DNA of 64,000 nucleotides from assembly GCF_003334355.1 (NCBI RefSeq), contig NZ_QOWP01000007.1; one strand, 5' to 3'. This stretch comes from Escherichia coli. GTDB lineage: Bacteria > Pseudomonadota > Gammaproteobacteria > Enterobacterales > Enterobacteriaceae. The notes below the pieces were generated by a model. The model worked only from the letters and a program-made list of their open reading frames with translations. It had not been told where the DNA came from and made no database searches. A program made the position numbers and the translations under genes. Below, piece after piece: positions 59,231 to 64,000 of the stretch (its first letter is position 1; the number at the start of each line of letters is the position of its first letter).

Positions 59231-59233
59231 AAC

Positions 59234-59270
59234 TTTACCCTGTTGTTACGGCAACAGGGTAAGTTCATCT
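59234..59270 (+). terminator. putative rho-independent terminator after mepH
   Basis: Hairpin ttaccctgttg-ttacg-gcaacagggtaa followed by gttcatcttttgt. Confidence 0.55.
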
Positions 59271-59357
59271 TTTGTCTCACCTTTTAATTTGCTACCCTAT
59301 CCATACGCACAATAAGGCTATTGTACGTATGCAAATTAATAATAAAGGAGAGTAGCA

Positions 59358-59939
59358 ATGTCATTCGAATTACCTGCACTACCATATGCTAAAGATGCTC
59401 TGGCACCGCACATTTCTGCGGAAACCATCGAGTATCACTACGGCAAGCACCATCAGACTTATGTCACTAACCTGAACAACCTGATTAAAGGTACCGCGTT
59501 TGAAGGTAAATCACTGGAAGAGATTATTCGCAGCTCTGAAGGTGGCGTATTCAACAACGCAGCTCAGGTCTGGAACCATACTTTCTACTGGAACTGCCTG
59601 GCACCGAACGCCGGTGGCGAACCGACTGGAAAAGTCGCTGAAGCTATCGCCGCATCTTTTGGCAGCTTTGCCGATTTCAAAGCGCAGTTTACTGATGCAG
59701 CGATCAAAAACTTTGGTTCTGGCTGGACCTGGCTGGTGAAAAACAGCGATGGCAAACTGGCTATCGTTTCAACCTCTAACGCGGGTACTCCGCTGACCAC
59801 CGATGCGACTCCGCTGCTGACCGTTGATGTCTGGGAACACGCTTATTACATCGACTATCGCAATGCACGTCCTGGCTATCTGGAGCACTTCTGGGCGCTG
59901 GTGAACTGGGAATTCGTAGCGAAAAATCTCGCTGCATAA
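59358..59939 (+). CDS. sodB: iron superoxide dismutase
   Basis: ORF track 193 aa; [32 protein letters not shown] matches SodB. Confidence 0.97.
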   Translation: MSFELPALPYAKDALAPHISAETIEYHYGKHHQTYVTNLNNLIKGTAFEGKSLEEIIRSSEGGVFNNAAQVWNHTFYWNCLAPNAGGEPTGKVAEAIAASFGSFADFKAQFTDAAIKNFGSGWTWLVKNSDGKLAIVSTSNAGTPLTTDATPLLTVDVWEHAYYIDYRNARPGYLEHFWALVNWEFVAKNLAA

Positions 59940-59960
59940 TAACTGATGGCAAATGCAGCA

Positions 59961-60110
59961 TTGCCTGAAGCGCTACGCTTATCAGGCCTACGCGGATCAT
60001 CGATGTAGGTCGGATAAGGCACTCGCCGCATCCGACAAGCGCTGCATGATACGACGCCTAACGCGTCTTTTCATGTCAACGCGGATGAGTCGTTAACACC
60101 GCATCCGGCA
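59961..60110. repeat. cluster of three REP elements downstream of sodB
   Basis: REP units gcctgaagcgctacgcttatcaggcctac, gtaggtcggataaggcactcgccgcatccgaca and gcggatgagtcgttaacaccgcatccggca. Confidence 0.85.
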
Positions 60111-60138
60111 AGATAAATCGCACGTTGTCAGCAACTGT

Positions 60139-60172
60139 AACGCAGAAGGTTATCCTTCTGCGTTTTTGTTTA
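60139..60172 (+). terminator. putative terminator after the sodB-REP region
   Basis: Hairpin aacgcagaagg-ttatc-cttctgcgtt followed by tttgtttaatt. Confidence 0.55.
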
Positions 60173-60173
60173 A

Positions 60174-61343
60174 TTAGCTGTTAGCAACGCAAACTGTTTC
60201 AGGTTGTTTTCTGGCTGACATAAACACCAGCAATAATGCCAGTCCCGCGACAATCGCTCCCATCACCGGCACAAAGCTGTATCCCAGCCCAGCGGAAATT
60301 ACCGCACCACCAGCAGCTGCTCCCAGCGCATTTCCAAGATTAAAGGCACCAATATTGACTGATGAAGACAGACCCGGCGCTTCACTGGCGACACGCATCA
60401 CGCGCATCTGTAACGGCGGTACGACCGCAAAGGTTGCTGCGCCCCACACCACCATGCTAATAGCTGCGCCGAACTCATTGCGGGCCAGGAACGGGATTGC
60501 CAGCATAATCACCATCAGCAGCAACAAAAAGCCTTTCAACGTGCCGTTAACTGAACGATCTGCCAGTTTGCCGCCGAGATAGTTACCGATAGAGAATCCG
60601 ACACCAATCAGCACCAGCATTGCCGTGACGAACACCGGTGTTGCGTGGGTAATACTTTGCAGTACCGGAGAGATATAGGTGTAGAGAGTAAACATTGCAC
60701 CAGCTCCCAGTACCGTCGTCAGCAATGCAGACAGCACCTGCGGACGCATTAATACCGCCAGCTCTTTTTTCACTTCAGGTCGTGCCCCTGCACCACCTTT
60801 AGGTAATGAGAAGAACAGACTTACCATTGAAATCACTCCCAGCCCCGCCGTTGCCAGAAATGACATCCGCCAGCCGATGGTTTCACCCAACCAGGTCGCC
60901 GCCGGCACGCCACCGATATTTGCCAGGGTTAACCCCATAAACATAGTGGCAACTGCGCTGGCCTGTTTATGTTTTGGCACCACGCTTGCGGCCACGACTG
61001 AACCCAAACCAAAAAATGCTCCGTGATTCAGGCTGGTCAAAATGCGTGAAAGCATCAGGGTCATATAATCCGGCGCGATGGCGGAAAGAACGTTGCCTAG
61101 CGTGAAAATTGCCATCAGGAAAATCAACGCACTGCGGCGGGCACGATGAGAAAGTAGAAGCGTCATCAGCGGCGCGCCCACCATTACGCCAACTGCATAG
61201 GCACTGATTAACATTCCGGCAGCGGGAATCGAGACATCCACACCGCGCGCAATGACGGGCAACAAGCCCATTGGCGAGAACTCCGTTGTCCCGATACCAA
61301 ACGCGCCAATCGCCAGCGCCAGCAACGGATAGTTAATTTTCAT
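60174..61343 (-). CDS. ydhP: MFS-family transporter YdhP
   Basis: ORF track 389 aa; 12-TM-like hydrophobic profile; matches YdhP. Confidence 0.9.
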   Translation of the reverse strand: MKINYPLLALAIGAFGIGTTEFSPMGLLPVIARGVDVSIPAAGMLISAYAVGVMVGAPLMTLLLSHRARRSALIFLMAIFTLGNVLSAIAPDYMTLMLSRILTSLNHGAFFGLGSVVAASVVPKHKQASAVATMFMGLTLANIGGVPAATWLGETIGWRMSFLATAGLGVISMVSLFFSLPKGGAGARPEVKKELAVLMRPQVLSALLTTVLGAGAMFTLYTYISPVLQSITHATPVFVTAMLVLIGVGFSIGNYLGGKLADRSVNGTLKGFLLLLMVIMLAIPFLARNEFGAAISMVVWGAATFAVVPPLQMRVMRVASEAPGLSSSVNIGAFNLGNALGAAAGGAVISAGLGYSFVPVMGAIVAGLALLLVFMSARKQPETVCVANS

Positions 61344-61508
61344 GCCTTATCTCCACCTCTTCGCGTCATTACGCGATATTCATTAAAGTGGCGAAAGCAT
61401 GACAGCAATCACAAAAAAATGAAAATAACAAAAAGAGAAAACACTTTTGCCATTTTGCTAACAAACAGGAAGGAGATGCGAGGGAGAACGCGCTCCCTCG
61501 AGAGGAAA

Positions 61509-61598
61509 TCAGTGCAGCGCGGCAGTCAAACCCACGGCTACGATCAAACCGAGGACGATAATCGTTGTTACCAGTGAAAATTTAAGGTCGGTGCTCAT
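61509..61598 (-). CDS. ynhF: small membrane protein YnhF (29 aa)
   Basis: Not in the ORF track (too short); manual minus-strand translation gives MSTDLKFSLVTTIIVLGLIVAVGLTAALH, with RBS ggagaaaa upstream; matches YnhF. Confidence 0.7.
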   Translation of the reverse strand: MSTDLKFSLVTTIIVLGLIVAVGLTAALH

Positions 61599-61836
61599 CA
61601 AGTTTTCTCCTTTTTTATTACCACACAAAAAGTGATATTACGCATTTTTACACACTGTGATGAAAAAATCTCCCGTCATTTATAATGATAAGTGTTTTTA
61701 CCACTTCCCCTTTTCGTCAAGATCGGCCAAAATTCCACGCTTACACTATTTGCGTACTGGCCATTGACCCCTTCCTGACGCTCCGTGTCGTTTTTCCGGC
61801 GTACCGCAACACTTTTGTTGTGCGTAAGGTGTGTAA

Positions 61837-61852
61837 AGGCAAACGTTTACCT
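61837..61852. promoter_or_regulatory. PurR box (autoregulatory operator 1)
   Basis: aggCAAACGTTTacct matches the PurR consensus aCGCAAACGTTTgCGT, in the purR 5' untranslated region. Confidence 0.6.
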
Positions 61853-61896
61853 TGCGATTTTGCAGGAGCTGAAGTTAGGGTCTGGAGTGAAATGGA

Positions 61897-62922
61897 ATGG
61901 CAACAATAAAAGATGTAGCGAAACGAGCAAACGTTTCCACTACAACTGTGTCACACGTGATCAACAAAACACGTTTCGTCGCTGAAGAAACGCGCAACGC
62001 CGTGTGGGCAGCGATTAAAGAATTACACTACTCCCCTAGCGCGGTGGCGCGTAGCCTGAAGGTTAACCACACCAAGTCTATCGGTTTGCTGGCGACCAGC
62101 AGCGAAGCGGCCTATTTTGCCGAGATCATTGAAGCGGTTGAAAAAAATTGCTTCCAGAAAGGTTACACCCTGATTCTGGGTAATGCGTGGAACAATCTTG
62201 AGAAACAGCGGGCTTATCTGTCGATGATGGCGCAAAAACGCGTCGATGGTCTGCTGGTGATGTGTTCTGAGTACCCAGAGCCGTTGCTGGCGATGCTGGA
62301 AGAGTATCGCCATATCCCAATGGTGGTGATGGACTGGGGTGAAGCAAAAGCTGACTTCACCGATGCGGTCATTGATAACGCGTTTGAAGGCGGCTACATG
62401 GCCGGGCGTTATCTGATTGAACGCGGTCACCGCGAAATCGGCGTTATCCCCGGCCCGCTGGAACGTAACACTGGCGCAGGCCGCCTTGCCGGTTTTATGA
62501 AGGCGATGGAAGAAGCAATGATCAAGGTGCCGGAAAGCTGGATTGTGCAGGGTGATTTTGAACCTGAATCCGGTTATCGCGCCATGCAGCAAATCCTGTC
62601 GCAGCCGCATCGCCCTACTGCCGTCTTCTGTGGTGGCGATATCATGGCAATGGGCGCACTTTGTGCTGCTGATGAAATGGGCCTGCGCGTCCCGCAGGAT
62701 GTTTCGCTGATCGGTTATGATAACGTGCGCAACGCCCGCTATTTTACGCCGGCGCTGACCACGATCCATCAGCCAAAAGACTCGCTGGGTGAAACAGCGT
62801 TCAACATGCTGTTGGATCGTATCGTCAACAAACGTGAAGAACCGCAGTCCATTGAAGTGCATCCGCGCTTGATTGAACGCCGCTCCGTGGCTGACGGCCC
62901 GTTCCGCGACTATCGTCGTTAA
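61897..62922 (+). CDS. purR: purine repressor (LacI family)
   Basis: ORF track 341 aa; [33 protein letters not shown] matches PurR. Confidence 0.97.
61925..61940. promoter_or_regulatory. PurR box (autoregulatory operator 2, inside the purR coding sequence)
   Basis: gagCAAACGTTTccac about 30 nt into the purR ORF; purR is known to be autoregulated from operators downstream of its promoter. Confidence 0.55.
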
Positions 62923-63851
62923 TCACCCGTTGCGGGAGTCTCTTCCGGCTCCCGCAGCCACTCCTTATTCAGCGTCTCACTATCGCCGAGATACTCAAGC
63001 AACCAGGTTAACGCAGGCGACATATCATTTTGCTGCCATGTCAGACAACATGCCGAATCCGGAAAGGGGTTTTCCAGTTCTAATGCTACCCACTTCCCCT
63101 CATTAAGCCACGGTTTGGCGAAATGTGTTGGCACCATCCCTATGCATAATCCTGCCGAGATACAGGTTGCCGATGATTCCCAGTCAGGCACGACAAGTCT
63201 TTTTTGGTTATCCAGCAACCAGGTAATACGCTTAGGTAGCGTTCGCGAGGTGTCTTCGCGCACCAACGACGGCCAGTTGCGCAACGTATCATCGCTGAAT
63301 GGGCCATCCATCAACGCCAGCGGGTGGTGGCTGGCAACAACGCAACTCCAGCTTAGCATCCCCATATCCCGGAAGGCATAACGACCGCCTACCGGAATCG
63401 CGCGTGTTGCGCCAATCGCCAGTTCCACGCGCCCGTCGGAAAGCGCATCCCAGACACCGTTGAACACTTCCTGAAAGACAAGAAGTTCGACATCATCAAA
63501 ATGGCGATAAAAATCAACGATCATCTGCCGTGTACGTTCTGGCCTGACAATATTATCCACTGCGATAGCTAACTGACCGCGCCAGCCGTTCGCTATCTGC
63601 TGACATTGCTGGCGGGTGATCTGCATTTTTTTGACAACAGAGCGCCCTTCTTTGAGAAACCACGCTCCAGCAGCGGTCAGCTCCACATCACGGTGCCGTC
63701 GTTCAAAGAGCGGCACCGCCAGCCACTCTTCCAGCTGACGCACGGTATAGCTGACCGCAGAAGGAACGCGATGCAGCTCCTGTGCCGCAGCGCTAAAACT
63801 ACCATTACGCGCTACCGCATCAACAACTTCGAGTGAATATTCTGACCACAT
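62919..63851 (-). CDS. punR: LysR-family transcriptional regulator PunR (YdhB)
   Basis: ORF track 310 aa; N-terminal LysR HTH; 3' end overlaps the purR stop by 4 nt. Confidence 0.92.
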
Positions 63852-63963
63852 AGTCTGCCTACAAAATTTTTGAAACCAGTCATCAAATATTACCGTTTCA
63901 CAACACTAATTTCACTCCCTACACTTTGCGGCGGTGTTTAATTGAGAGATTTAGAGAATATAC

Positions 63964-64000
63964 ATGCAACCTGGGAAAAGATTTTTAGTCTGGCTGGCGG
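63964..64000 (+). CDS. punC: MFS transporter PunC (YdhC), first 12 codons only; continues past the window end
   Basis: ATG at ~63964 followed by MQPGKRFLVWLA; divergent from punR as expected. Confidence 0.6.
   Translation, partial: MQPGKRFLVWLA

Noticed and set aside
62023-62862. 279-aa minus-strand ORF antisense to purR
   Set aside because: Embedded in purR; His/Arg-rich wrong-frame translation.

Overview
This window is a contiguous stretch of Escherichia coli core chromosome from the replication-terminus side, running pntB-pntA through the Ter site/tus, the fumCA, uid, malIXY and rsxABCDGE-nth operons, to purR-punR-punC. Almost every sizeable ORF matches a well-known E. coli protein in the gene order and spacing I recall for K-12. 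I find no IS elements, transposases, integrases, phage genes, CRISPR arrays, tRNA or rRNA genes, and nothing that looks like a previously undescribed system; this is an ordinary, well-characterised region. The two observations most worth a second look are an in-frame amber codon that interrupts the glucuronide transporter gene uidB, and a 96-bp in-frame tandem repeat at the 3' end of rsxC whose copy number appears lower than in the K-12 reference (from memory). CDS coordinates are anchored on the supplied ORF track, with starts trimmed to the recognised protein N-terminus where the ORF over-extends. Coordinates of short sites, repeats, terminators and the small gene ynhF were counted by hand and may be off by 1-2 nt. 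All gene identifications rest on recognition of the translated sequences from memory; no database search was run.
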